This document shows, in pieces, positions 38,777 to 50,165 of a stretch of DNA of 64,000 nt. Numbering within the stretch: the stretch's first letter is position 1; every line of letters begins with the position of its first letter. Under the pieces are notes generated by a model, which was not told where the DNA came from, did not search any database, and was given only the letters and a program-made list of their open reading frames with translations. This stretch comes from Eukaryota sp. GEM-RC1 (taxonomy: Eukaryota). Made by a program: the position numbers and the translations under genes. The stretch covers positions 372,001 through 436,000 of the forward strand of contig JAUFOQ010000002.1 in assembly GCA_040285855.1 (NCBI GenBank), in the 5' to 3' direction.

Positions 38777-39094
38777 TTATAAATGTTTTACTTTCTTTGA
38801 TTTTTGTTTTCTTCAACATTTCTCTGCACCGTTTGTTATTTTCATTTTGACTGAATATCTAAACAACAATATGCACTGTTTTAGCGAAGTCTATGTATCA
38901 GATGCATATATTCAAGACACACATTGTCTGGCTCAAAACAACATTAAGTCAATATTTGCTACCACCAAAGACTCCAAGGCAAAATAGTCTAGTCCTAGTC
39001 AAAGTAAAACACGAGAAAATATTGTCAGCACGACAATTTCCCTGCATATTAAAATGTCAACAATGTCATCCCACTACCACAATATTCTTCACAA

Positions 39095-39502
39095 ATGGCC
39101 CGTACCAAGTAAACTTCTCGCAAGACTACCTCTGCTAAAACTCCCAGAAAGCATTTGGCTCACAAAGCTGCTCGTAAAGCCGCTCCCGCTACTGGTGGAA
39201 TCAAGAAACCCCATCGTTATCGCCCAGGAACTGTTGCTCTCCGTGAAATCAGAAAGTACCAAAAGTCTACTGAACTTTTGATCCGTAAGTTGCCATTCCA
39301 ACGTCTAGTTCGTGAGATTGCTCAGGAATTCAAGGGGGAACTCAGATTCCAGGCTACTGGTATTTCTGCTCTTCAAGAAGCCGCTGAAGCCTATCTCGTT
39401 GGTCTGTTTGAAGACACTAACTTGTGCGCTATCCATGCTAAAAGAGTTACCATTATGCCTAAGGACATGGCTTTAGCTAAGAGAATCCGTTCTGATTTCT
39501 AG
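39095..39502 (+). CDS. H3: Histone H3 (in-frame TAA at the Gln5 codon)
   Basis: [27 protein letters not shown]...[38 protein letters not shown]; 135 codons plus the terminal TAG. Confidence 0.93.
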
Positions 39503-39520
39503 AGAAGGAGTGTTTTTATC

Positions 39521-39536
39521 GGTGTTTTTCAACACT
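39521..39536 (+). promoter_or_regulatory. Histone 3' UTR stem-loop (H3)
   Basis: GGTGTT TTTC AACACT, 18 nt after the stop. Confidence 0.85.
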
Positions 39537-39789
39537 TTTGTTTTCTTCTCATAAACTGTTTTCTATCTTTATCCTTGTTATTCACCTGATTGATTCATCT
39601 TGTAGATTTTAGAGACTCTTCAATGTTATAAATTGTTTACTGGCATATAATTCTCGAACACAAATCAATTAACCAGATTACAATTTCCCAATCAAAAATA
39701 CACAAACGACAAAAATTCGAAGCACAACAATCCAGGTTTCACCTCCTCAAGTAAAAAGTGGAATCTTTACCCTTATAAAATCTTGTTCA

Positions 39790-40101
39790 ATGGCTGGTCG
39801 TGGTAAAGGTGGTAAAGGTCTAGGTAAAGGTGGAGCCAAGCGTCATCGCAAAGTCCTTCGTGAAAACATCCAAGGTATTACTAAGCCTGCTATCCGTCGT
39901 CTTGCTCGTCGTGGAGGTGTTAAACGTATCTCTGCTCTAATCTATGATGAAACTCGTACTGTCCTCCGTACTTTCTTAGAAAACGTTATCCGTGATTCAG
40001 TTACCTATTGTGAACATGCTAGAAGAAAGACCGTCACTGCTATGGATGTTGTCTATGCTTTGAAACGTCATGGACGTGTGCTGTATGGATTTGGTGTTTA
40101 G
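39790..40101 (+). CDS. H4: Histone H4
   Basis: [46 protein letters not shown]. Confidence 0.99.
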   Translation: MAGRGKGGKGLGKGGAKRHRKVLRENIQGITKPAIRRLARRGGVKRISALIYDETRTVLRTFLENVIRDSVTYCEHARRKTVTAMDVVYALKRHGRVLYGFGV

Positions 40102-40117
40102 ATTTCCGTAATCTTCT

Positions 40118-40133
40118 AGTGTTCTTTAACACT
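40118..40133 (+). promoter_or_regulatory. Histone 3' UTR stem-loop (H4 variant)
   Basis: AGTGTT CTTT AACACT, 16 nt after the stop; perfect 6-bp stem. Confidence 0.8.
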
Positions 40134-40243
40134 GTTGAACTGGTAATACGTATCTATAAAACATAAAGGATATCTATTCAATCTGTTAATTCAATCTTCT
40201 AGTGGGTTCGCACCAGTCACCAGAAATATCATCTAGTAACGGT

Positions 40244-41841
40244 ATGAGTTATGGTAGAGAACATTTGGTCCATGATGTATTACACCATGTGTCAGTATTT
40301 GAAATCAAAAGACTTATGTTAGTAAGCAATTGGTTCAGTTCTATAGTTGAGTCCCACTGTCGTTTAAGAAGACATCTGACCCTTGACATCAATTTGAATA
40401 ACATAACAACAACACTTCTTCAGAGGATTGTTAAGACATTTCCAAATCTTGATTCTTTTCGTCTTGCACGAAACTATGTTTATCTCTATCCAATTGATGA
40501 GATTTCTCAACTTGCTCCTGAAAACCAATGTATAAGAACAATACAAGCTGTCGAAGCTGATAGTATCCGTGTATTTCCTATCATCTGCCCTCAACTTTCT
40601 CAAATTGTAGGTCATGTTGACGATCTCCAACGAGTATTTAACGAACTTTCCCTGGATCATGTTACTTCATGGGATGTTGTCCTTGAATCTCACATCTCCA
40701 TGATACAAATGTTTGCAGATTGCCTCGCTATGATGCCTTGTCTTTTCGAACTTTCCATCACAGGTCCTGTACTAACCGATGAAGTTTCTTTCTCTACTCT
40801 AGCAAACATAATTCAAAATCTTCCACTTAATACTCTTGCCTTCCAAGAACCTCTACCAGACGGCTGTCTTGTTAATGTTTCCGCTGCTCTCACCCACCTT
40901 GCCAAAACCCTTGTTAATCTCAAGCTCATCAGTTTCCGACCCCTTCGATTGGTGATCACGTGCCAGTGGGTTTAGCTAACAACCTAATCTCCCTGGCTAC
41001 TCACAGAGTGTCCCTTCCTCTTCTATCTCACTGTTTCAACCTTGAAGAGTTGTCTGTTACTATAGTATCTCCACAACTTCTGGAAGTTTTGCCTGCACTT
41101 CGCCATCTTCATAAGTTTCGTTTTGCTCCCACCCTTGACACTCTTCCTCTTCTCATGAAGTACGTCCCTCACTCATTAGAAGAAGTTTCCATCAGTTCTC
41201 CCCTGGTTTATTGCCCAAAGCAACAACTCCAAAAAGAAGGCCATTTCATCTCCGATTGGTTCTCCACTTCCTGTGTCTTTGTTCAAAAGCTCTCTCTTGT
41301 CGATGTAGCTACTGATGCTCTTCTTGCTCACCTCCATGTTCACACTCCCTTTCTACACACTCTCTCCATCTCCTTCAATTACTTTGAGTCCTCTGGATCT
41401 CACTTGGTCACTGACAGAGGTCTAGCTCAGGTCTTCCTCTGTGATCGTTTGAGAACCCTCAAATTAAAGGGCATGAGTCTGACAACTGAATCTGAGAAGT
41501 TTCCCCTTTGTTCAGTCACTGCTCTTGAGATCTATCAATGTAAGGGGGCCTTTAGATTTCTTTCTAGATTGGTCACCTGCCTGTCTGAGATACAAACTCT
41601 AGTGATGCAGCATAATTACGGAGAAGAACTTGATTATGGAGAAGCTTTGGTGTTGACTTCAATGACATCGTTAAAGTATTGCATTTTAACTGAGCTAGTG
41701 ATGTCTTTGGACGTGTCATTTGATTGGCTTGCTGACGTCATGAAGGGGCTTCCATGTCTTAGTTATATTGTAATTGAAGAGTTTGCTGAAGAGGAAGATA
41801 TTGTCGATTTGGAACTTGTAGATGAATTTTCAGAATTATAA
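40244..41841 (+). CDS. F-box/LRR-like protein (frameshift near 40940)
   Basis: N-terminal F-box-like segment (DVLHHVSVFEIKRLMLVSNWF) and repeated LxxLxL motifs across two adjoining ORFs. Confidence 0.6.
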
Positions 41842-41932
41842 CAAAAAAAGATTTACATTTTCGTAATTAAAACTGTCCTTGTTGATCTAAAACATATAGT
41901 TTCTCAATAATATTGATGGTCAAAACTACAGG

Positions 41933-42496
41933 TTAATTCAATTTTAGCCATAGTATAGCATCTCTATTCCTCAGAGTGGTACGTGATTTAGAATAAAAGT
42001 TGCGTAAAATTGTTACTTCTTGGAACCCTGCTTTTTGGTAAAACATCCTCGCCTTGTAATTCTCAAGAGCAGAATGTAGGAAAACGCCTTCAGAACCCAA
42101 GGATGGACACAACTCGAGAATCCTGTTCATCATTGCTGAAGCTATTCCCTGACGTTGGTAATGTTTGGATACAACCAGGGTCATAACATAGAGAAGCTTT
42201 CGTCTGTTGCCGAACAGTTTGCGCATGCAAGTAGCCCAGAATTGTTGGGAGAGAACTGAATATCGATACAGTGGACAGTATGGAGAAGGAAGGTTGCTCA
42301 TTGAAGGGTGATCAGAGCGAAGTTCACAGACAAATGAAGCTACGACCTTAGAATGAAGCACAGCTACATAGGACACATAGCTGTGTGGAAGAGATTTGAA
42401 GAACTGCGAGGGATAGTGTACTGGTAATGACACATTATGAAGTTTTTCAACAGCAACAATATCATCAGGGGTACAAGGGCGGATTTCAAGAGCCAT
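41933..42496 (-). CDS. GNAT N-terminal acetyltransferase (NAA50/NAA60-like)
   Basis: LPVHYP, LYVMTLVV..YQRQGIAS and FLH...N..A..FYQKAGF. Confidence 0.8.
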   Translation of the reverse strand: MALEIRPCTPDDIVAVEKLHNVSLPVHYPSQFFKSLPHSYVSYVAVLHSKVVASFVCELRSDHPSMSNLPSPYCPLYRYSVLSQQFWATCMRKLFGNRRKLLYVMTLVVSKHYQRQGIASAMMNRILELCPSLGSEGVFLHSALENYKARMFYQKAGFQEVTILRNFYSKSRTTLRNRDAILWLKLN

Positions 42497-42608
42497 TTAA
42501 AGGAATTTGATCAGCTGAGGTTAGCAGATTTGGTGCTTGATCGCATGTCAGAGAAATGTGGGACAACTTCTTTCTTTCAATTTTTTCTTGAACAACACTC
42601 TTCCCACA

Positions 42609-44143
42609 ATGAATCTGCAACAATTTCCTAAACTACAACAACCCCTCAAACCCCGCTTTGTTAAAAAAATCATCTGCAGAGTCTACATTCTGGAAATCTT
42701 TTGGTGCTCCCAAAGTTTTGAAACTTAATGGTGTACCATACTCTGTAGATTTTGCTCCTGATCATCCCCATGACTTAATAGTTGCTTCTGGACCAAGAGT
42801 TTGACCGTGTTATACTTTTCCTTATTCCAGATATCTATTTACTCCAGTGCAACCGGTAATCTCAAAAAGACATATCTAGCTTTCACTCAACTGTTCTTAA
42901 AACACGTTTCTCAAACAATGGTGAACTTATTGTTGGTTCTACAGATGATGGTCTCGTAAGAGTTTTTCACGCTCGTAGAGGTGCATCTATCAGATCGTTA
43001 ACGGGTAAGGACGGGCATCAAGGTCCTGTCAATGACTGTATGTTTGTTCCTGGTTGCAACCCCCAAGTATTGTCTTGCGGTAATGATAACATGGTAAAAC
43101 TATGGGATCTGACCGATTCAAACCCTATTTCTGCCTTCTCTGGACACTCCTCCTATGTCCGCTCAATCGATTGCTCCTCTGTTTCCTCCACTGTCGTCTC
43201 TGGGTCAGTAGACAACACTGTTTGCCTCTGGGACCCTCGTGAGTCATCAGCTCACCCCGTTAAGACTTTCTCTTTCAACGATCCTGTAGAAAGAGTTCTC
43301 TTCTTTTCTCGTGGATCATCAGTAGCAGTTGCTCATGGAAACAGTATCTCTCTTATTGATCTGGTTGCCGGCAAAGTTTCTCTCTCATCTATCTCCCACA
43401 CACATGCCATCTCCTGCCTTTCTTGGATTGACCAGGACAAACGTCTACTATCTGGCTCCCTCGATGGCTCTCTCTCAATCCACCTACCCTCCTCTCTTGA
43501 GATCACGCACAGATTCTCTATCCCTGGTCCAGTTACTGATGCCCGGGTTAACAGTGACGTGTCTAGGCTGTGCATTGCCTCTAGAGATGGTCTATTGAAT
43601 CTACGTCAACGGAAACAACCTCAGGCTGCTACTGAGAAAGCAAATGACGTGGGATCGGTGTTTAATCTATTTGAAAAGAACTCACACGTGATTGAAGTGA
43701 ACGATAGCACTACTCAAATGGCTAAGTTCAAACCTCAATCTAAGTCTCTGCAGCCGTATGAACGTGCCCTTAAAGGATTCAACTACTCTGAGGCTTTAGA
43801 TTCAGCTTTTGCCACTAACAATCCTAATGTTATTTATTCTCTTGTTTCAGAACTACGTAGACGAGGAGCGTTGGTCCAGTCTATTGGTGGAAGGTCTGTT
43901 GATGATATTGTTTTAGTTGTCAAGGGGTTGACCAAGCTCTTGACTAAACAATCTTATTCTGATATGGCGGTGGAGATGTTGGGCATTGTTGTTGAATTGT
44001 ATGGGCCTTTGTTTAATGCAAATTCTGAACTTTCGAATGAAGTTCAAAAGTCAAAAATGATTGTGGAACAATTGATTGGTGTTAGTCGTCGTATGGTTTC
44101 TGTTGAGGCAGTTATTGACACGTTACTGACTAACTTGAGTTAG
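42609..44143 (+). CDS. UTP15: U3 snoRNP WD40 protein UTP15
   Basis: WD40 repeats plus a UTP15 C-terminal-like segment (YERALKGFNYSEALD, ELRRRGALVQSIGGR). 32-nt intron 42799-42830; two single-base indels in the 5' part. Confidence 0.82.
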
Positions 44144-44311
44144 ATTTAAGATTGTTATGTTCATCTTCTGTTGTTTTTAACACCTTTTAGTTTTTAGGAG
44201 ATCTTTAGTTTTATTACAATAGTCTGTTTTAATTTATGACTTTTGGGTTCGATTTTACTTCAATTCGTTCACTTTTTTTAGAAATACAATATTTACCTAA
44301 GTTACAATTAT

Positions 44312-46529
44312 CTACAAAGACTTTTTTAAGGTGTTCAAGGTTTCATTTTCCAACATATCTTGATCATTATTTTGATACATTTCCCAAGCAGTGATGAATA
44401 AATGTTCATCACATTTAGAAATAGCACCCCTTTCATATTGAATAGTCAAGACTTTGCGTTTCAACACTTTAGAACACGTGTCTTTACTATTTAAAATGAT
44501 AACAATTTTCTCTCCTACTTTGGTTGTTGAAATAGGTCTACAATGGAAGTTTTCGACAAAGAATGAGTTGATTACGGATGTTTTTGGAATCTTTCCAGGA
44601 AATTCGAGAACAATTGAGCAATCAACGAGAACTTGATTTGATGATGTGATTGCTGACTCAGCACAGGTCAAAAAGCTAGAAAACTGTCGTAACGAATGAA
44701 AGAAGTTTGTAATAATGTGGCCAACAACAGTAGCAAATGATTCAGGCAAGTCAATCAATTTTGATGAATCCAAAGTAGAGAAATCAAACTTTCTAGTATT
44801 AAAGCAATACTGTAACAAAAACTTCAAAAAATCAGTATAAAAGTAATCACTAACAACTCGTCGAGTGAGTTTTGATTTCTTTCTGAAAAGATCATGGAAA
44901 TAATTAAATATTTCAGAAAAGTTAACGTCATTATTCAACACCCACTCTTCGATTAATGACCGGTCAAGTTTAAAGTGTGCACCTGCATCACACACAGAGA
45001 CTATCTTTAAAAACATAGCTGACAGTGGCAAATTCTGCCAATCTTTTTTGATTGTGACAGAGCTCACTGATTGGGAAAGTGAAATCAATCGAAACAGATC
45101 GTTATAGAATACAGCAGAGTCATCAGGCAGTCGTACAGTAGCATACGACCAAGAGAGAAGAGAGGAACATTCAAAAACTGAAAGACTGTAACCGAATTTC
45201 TTAGAATTTTTAATAATTGAAAATTTAAAATACTCGTCAATCAACAGTGAAACAACTGAATCTAAGTCTGATTGAAAGTCGAAATCTGTAGAGAATTCTG
45301 ACATGAATTTTGAAAAAATTCCGAAAACAACAGCATAAGTACAAGTCGATAACGGAAGTGAATCGACAATCTTTCTAATGATTGGTTCAGAATAACTTTG
45401 ACCAATGACGTTATCAATAGCAGAAACTATATCATCAATCATTGTTTCCGTGACATTCTGACCCTTATCACAATCAATCACAACTGATTGATGATTGTCT
45501 GGGACTAAACGTGATAAATCCTCGGGGGTAGAAAAGATCAAACTAGGGTGAAAAGATAAACAAAAGACTGCTTGAGATGGAAAGTGACTAATGATATATG
45601 AAAAAGTTTTCAGAATTAGACTTTTGTCAGATTTGGTGAATGAAAATTTAAAAATTTCATCAAAATCATCAAAGCAAATTAAACAATTTCCAGTGTGTTC
45701 CGTGAAAGTTCTCAAAAACTTCACAATTTCAGCTACAACTTCACTAAGATGTGAAAGTTCAACAGGAATCTGCTTTTCCACATCAATCTCCTCCACTCCC
45801 TTCACCTCTTCCTCCACAGGATCAAAGGGTCTTACTGGTCTTTTAAAGGTCTTAACGAAGTCCTCTGTGGTGTCAGTGTCCATTAAAGGGGGGACGTGGG
45901 GGGCGGGTATGAGTTGTAGAAGGATATAAAGAAGAAGAGAATGTAACTGGGGAATTAAGAGAGTCTGACCAGGGGATGTGGGTGAAGGCGTGGCGAGTGG
46001 TAGTTGGGGTTCTTCGGGGAGAGGCAAAGGAAGAGTTGAGAGAGGTAGGTTGGGGAGGGATATCGGAAGGAAGGAACTGACGAGTGAGCAGTTTTAGAAG
46101 GGAAAGGAAGTTGTCAAACAGTTGTGGTACGGATGAAGAGTGTTGTAAGCGAGAGAACGGCACAAGAAGATAGTTTGGGAGTGATTTAAAGAGTGGAGGG
46201 GAGGAAAGAAGATAAGGAAGTGCCGTTGATAGCACAGAAGATCTTCCTGATGAAGGAGGACCTTTAACAATGAACAAGGGATGAGAGGAATAGGTAGATG
46301 GGATTTGTGATCGGATGGGATCCAAACCAGCATACAAGGGAAACTCAAGATCGTAATTGAGACAGAAGTTAGAAGGATTTGTTACAGGACTCTGTATAGC
46401 TGATATACGTGGAAACGAACAGGAAGTCAGACGAAAGGCATTAGAGAGAACAGTCTCAGCCTCCTCACGAAGCTTGGCCACATCAGAAGCCAGTTCGTTG
46501 ATCTGGTTGTCCGATAGAAGGTGTGTCAT
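44312..46529 (-). CDS. Hypothetical protein with degenerate P-loop NTPase motifs (frameshift near 46027)
   Basis: LFIVKGPPSSGRSS (Walker A-like) in the first ORF and CLICFDDFD (Walker B-like) in the second; the two ORFs overlap. Confidence 0.5.
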
Positions 46530-47062
46530 GTGATTATTATCTTTCCAATCTGGTTTTGTCTTTTGATCCTTTGTTCTACTAGTAGTGAATGATTCTCGAA
46601 CTTCCTATCAAAAACTTCGTTCTTTGAGGTATTAGTTGTTTCGTTGGGATTGCTATCAAAGATGTGTATCGAAAATATATTATTATTATTCTTAATTACT
46701 TTAAATTTCAACTGATTAAACTGCAGCAACCAGGTCAATTAAAGTGCGCACTAAACGCACTTAGAAGCAGTCATAAAATTTGAATAAAGTATTTCAGATG
46801 TACTTGTATCAGTATATTATATTGATTCTTGATGTAGTACAACGTGGATAGACACTGGCTTTTGCATTTAGGTTACGACACAAGGTTGTAGCTGAGACAT
46901 TAAAATGAACAAGAAGCTGAGTAAGAACTGGAGATCCAAAATAACGTTTTCCCTCCCCAATGGCATCATCAGCGGGAATGACCAACAAAAAGAAAAAAGA
47001 AACGCGCTCAGGTCCAAGGCAGGCCTCTGCGTTCGGTTGGTAGGCTCTCTGTGAATAACCAA

Positions 47063-47557
47063 ATGGCTTTGGAATCTGATTCACAAGGATCGTCCGTCTC
47101 CCTGCTTTCCACATCACAGGTTGCGTCCTCTCACGGTCCCTCCGCACTACGAACGGGCATCTGTATGGAACAACTGTCCCGTTTTCATGATGATGTTGAC
47201 ATTACCAACAAAAGACTCCAATCACTCAATATATACCCAATATCGACTGAAAGGAGACCAAGTTCAGTTGAGGATGAGCTCCTAAGCTGTGGTAGAAGTC
47301 CGGATTCTTCAAAACGGTCCTTCTCCCACCAGTTTTCTTATGTTCAGCGACCTCAAAACCCTCATCCATTTCCTCCTCGAATGGTCTCAGAAGCTCCTGT
47401 TCATGTAGTTAGACCCATTGCTTCTCCAGTCTCTTCTACTTGTTCTACACCCTCAATCTCTCCTGAGCCCTCTCTTGCATCAATGATTGGTAGTCCTCGG
47501 TCAGTGTTTAATAGAGTTGATAGTCGAAATTCCTCTAGATTCAACACTCCAAGGTAG
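47063..47557 (+). CDS. Ser/Pro-rich hypothetical protein
   Basis: ATG-started ORF of about 164 aa with low-complexity, disordered composition and several SP/TP sites. Confidence 0.55.
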   Translation: MALESDSQGSSVSLLSTSQVASSHGPSALRTGICMEQLSRFHDDVDITNKRLQSLNIYPISTERRPSSVEDELLSCGRSPDSSKRSFSHQFSYVQRPQNPHPFPPRMVSEAPVHVVRPIASPVSSTCSTPSISPEPSLASMIGSPRSVFNRVDSRNSSRFNTPR

Positions 47558-47765
47558 TCATTTTTGGAATTAATTGTGTTTATATTTGATATATTCTTCA
47601 AGATTGTATAGGAGATTTTTATTACTCTTGGGATGAGTTTCAAACTCAATGATCAATAAAGTATTCCGCTTAGTAAATTACACGATTTTAGAAGGAATTC
47701 CAATCTTTTTGATTTCAAAATATCAGAATCTCACCACGACTTCTGTTCAAAAAAATATTAAAAAA

Positions 47766-50165
47766 TTACACATATTTCACAACTCCACCATACTCTTTGT
47801 AGACTAAATCCTGATCAGACGGAACCTGACTATAAATATCACTCTCAATCCTCGAAATGATTGGACCCCCACCATAGATATCAATCAAAGCCTTCAGCAC
47901 CGTGCCAGTCAGTGCCCGGTAGTTCTTCCCTTGTACCAACATCGGTTTAGGACAACCTGACGTCATCAAAAGGTTAGAGTTATCAATAGGACCTGGAATT
48001 TGCAGAGAGTCCCCTCTTGTGAAGGTTTTCCACTTGTTCAACCAGTCGTTGGATATTATAAACCAAAGATGGTTTTTTCCAGAGGAACTGGAGTCAAGAC
48101 CATAAATAAAATTCTTTTCTTGAATTTGTCTGTGTGAAATATCACATTTAGAACAGATTGACAGCTCATCGTCATCAGTTGATTGATTGAGGTCTGACAG
48201 TCGAATTATTGGACCAACAACGTCAACTCTTGCCGTTATTCTTTCAAAAAGCTCATTAGGGATCACAAACGGATGGAAAGAGGCAACTACTCGTCCTGAC
48301 GCAAGTGAATCGTGAGGACAACTGAAACAGGAAGTGATTAAAAGAGGAGGGAAGGAAGCGTAACAGAAGAAGTATAGCCAACTGCCAGGGACAACAATCA
48401 AATTTGATTGGTTACCAGAATTTGTGTTTTTGCCTGGAGATGAGTTCTTTAGTATTGATGTTGATATGTTAATCGACAGATCAGTCACTTCTAATTGCGA
48501 ATCACGTGTGATATGATCATTGGCAAGTGATAGCAGCCTTGATGACATAATCACATCATCAATCAAATTTGATTGAGGTTCGATTTCTGGCTTTCTACGA
48601 GCATAGAACAATATATAAGCTTCTCTCATTGAAACAAGATCATTCTTCGTGATAGTTTCCAATTTCGCCGGAGTGATTGAACAATCATCACAGTGCTCCC
48701 ATGAATATTTTAAATTTTTAGCATTTTTCCCCATCATTGCACGTGTACTTGGATCTACCTTAACAACTGAAGTGTAGTGGCCACTGTTGACGTTTCCATG
48801 ATGATTGACGATTGCATAGAGGTCATAAACATCATTCGAACTACGACTTTTCTGATTATTTAAAAATTCTGAAAGACACAAACTTGATTTAGGAAAGTCT
48901 ACACAAGATCTGTTCTTGCCGAGTCCTCTTCCATTTTGTTTAAATCTTTTTAAATGAAGAATTAAAATTTCTGGAACTTTTGATAGATACAATCGTTTCT
49001 CAGCCCGTTGTTTACTTTTACATACCTCACACTCAAACAAATCATCATTTTCAAGTGGTTCCGGTTTGAAAAACTCAAGTAAACAATCAGTCAACGTGAT
49101 ATTTTGACCGGAGTCACGACCAAACATCCCTAAAAAGCCTCTTCTTGAAACTGGAGTTGGAATAGGAAGAGAGAGGTCGAGGAAGACCTCCCGTCGACAA
49201 AACTCTTTCTCACAACCAAAACATTTAATTTTTGATATAAGTTCTCCCTTGAAGCAGTTAGAAACGTGACCTGTTGACGTTTGATTGCATTCATCGCCCA
49301 TTGATTCCCCTAATGACGTCAGAAAGCCAGTCAACAACTCTGCTGCATCGTGTTGACAGAAATCATTAAAAACAGGTAAACACCTTTTAGTTTTAGACCA
49401 TAGACTTCGACAGAGAGTGTTACAAGTAGAGTGGAAGTCTGAGAGAGAGTCGAAAGAGGAGTTGTAGAGAGTTGTTACGAAGGAAATATAGGATTTGAGA
49501 AGATCAACTTTCTTTGGAGTGCCGGTTAGATTGGGTAGAAACTGGGGAGAAAGGAGAAAGTATTGGTTGAAGAGGGGAAGGGTGAGAAGGCATTCTAGGG
49601 CAGAGTTGAAGTAGCAAGAGTTGCCAAGGTTGAGCAAGGGTGGTGATAGAGTGGTGGCAGTCTTGACAGGGGATTGTGGAAGTGAAGTTCTTTTGAAGTA
49701 GTTGCTGAGGATAGGATATAAGGAATGAGAGGGATCAAGGGGGGTGAATGATTGGCAAGAGTAACAAATGATTGTGGAAGTGTGTATGTGGAAGAAGCAT
49801 GAGTGATTAGACATGGAGTAGTGGTCTTCTATGTGGTCTTGAATTTGAGAACGATGATGAGGAGAACGAACTGAATAGGAATAGCAGTAGAAAGCGATAG
49901 TGTTCTCTATCACACAGTTAAGACATAAAGAAAGGACAGAAGAGGTAGCACAGCAACGTTTGTTGTTACAAGTGAGAATCGAAGGTTCTGTGATGGGAAC
50001 ACCCATGTCTAAAGCTGCATAATAGTCTATCACGTTCTTGAACTTTGACTTTGAGAGTACTTTGAAATGTTTGGAAGGAAAGGACGTTATGGCTTGAACG
50101 TGAGAGCAACAAGATTCTTCATTGACAGAAGGGATGTTGCTTTCGGATGAGACTGGATCGTCCAT
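47766..50165 (-). CDS. Ubiquitin-specific protease (ZnF-UBP + UCH + DUSP; USP20/33-like)
   Basis: Cys box LNLGNSCYFNSAL, QHDAAE, His box HHGNVNSGHY, and C-terminal DUSP WFIISNDWLNKW...PGPIDN. Confidence 0.92.
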   Translation of the reverse strand: MDDPVSSESNIPSVNEESCCSHVQAITSFPSKHFKVLSKSKFKNVIDYYAALDMGVPITEPSILTCNNKRCCATSSVLSLCLNCVIENTIAFYCYSYSVRSPHHRSQIQDHIEDHYSMSNHSCFFHIHTSTIICYSCQSFTPLDPSHSLYPILSNYFKRTSLPQSPVKTATTLSPPLLNLGNSCYFNSALECLLTLPLFNQYFLLSPQFLPNLTGTPKKVDLLKSYISFVTTLYNSSFDSLSDFHSTCNTLCRSLWSKTKRCLPVFNDFCQHDAAELLTGFLTSLGESMGDECNQTSTGHVSNCFKGELISKIKCFGCEKEFCRREVFLDLSLPIPTPVSRRGFLGMFGRDSGQNITLTDCLLEFFKPEPLENDDLFECEVCKSKQRAEKRLYLSKVPEILILHLKRFKQNGRGLGKNRSCVDFPKSSLCLSEFLNNQKSRSSNDVYDLYAIVNHHGNVNSGHYTSVVKVDPSTRAMMGKNAKNLKYSWEHCDDCSITPAKLETITKNDLVSMREAYILFYARRKPEIEPQSNLIDDVIMSSRLLSLANDHITRDSQLEVTDLSINISTSILKNSSPGKNTNSGNQSNLIVVPGSWLYFFCYASFPPLLITSCFSCPHDSLASGRVVASFHPFVIPNELFERITARVDVVGPIIRLSDLNQSTDDDELSICSKCDISHRQIQEKNFIYGLDSSSSGKNHLWFIISNDWLNKWKTFTRGDSLQIPGPIDNSNLLMTSGCPKPMLVQGKNYRALTGTVLKALIDIYGGGPIISRIESDIYSQVPSDQDLVYKEYGGVVKYV

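Noticed and set aside
37788..40101. Genome-wide TAA/TAG=Gln genetic code
   Set aside because: Conserved genes terminate at TAA/TAG exactly where expected, and 800-900 aa ORFs have no internal TAR. Only the single H3 codon conflicts.
44169..44184. TGTTGTTTTTAACACC after UTP15 as another histone-type hairpin
   Set aside because: It does not form the 6-bp stem with a 4-nt loop; likely chance similarity in T-rich sequence.
47000..47050. GC-rich foldable segment with CAGGTCC resembling SRP RNA helix 8
   Set aside because: It lacks the GNRA loop and AGCAG partner geometry, and no larger structure is evident; probably promoter or 5' UTR.
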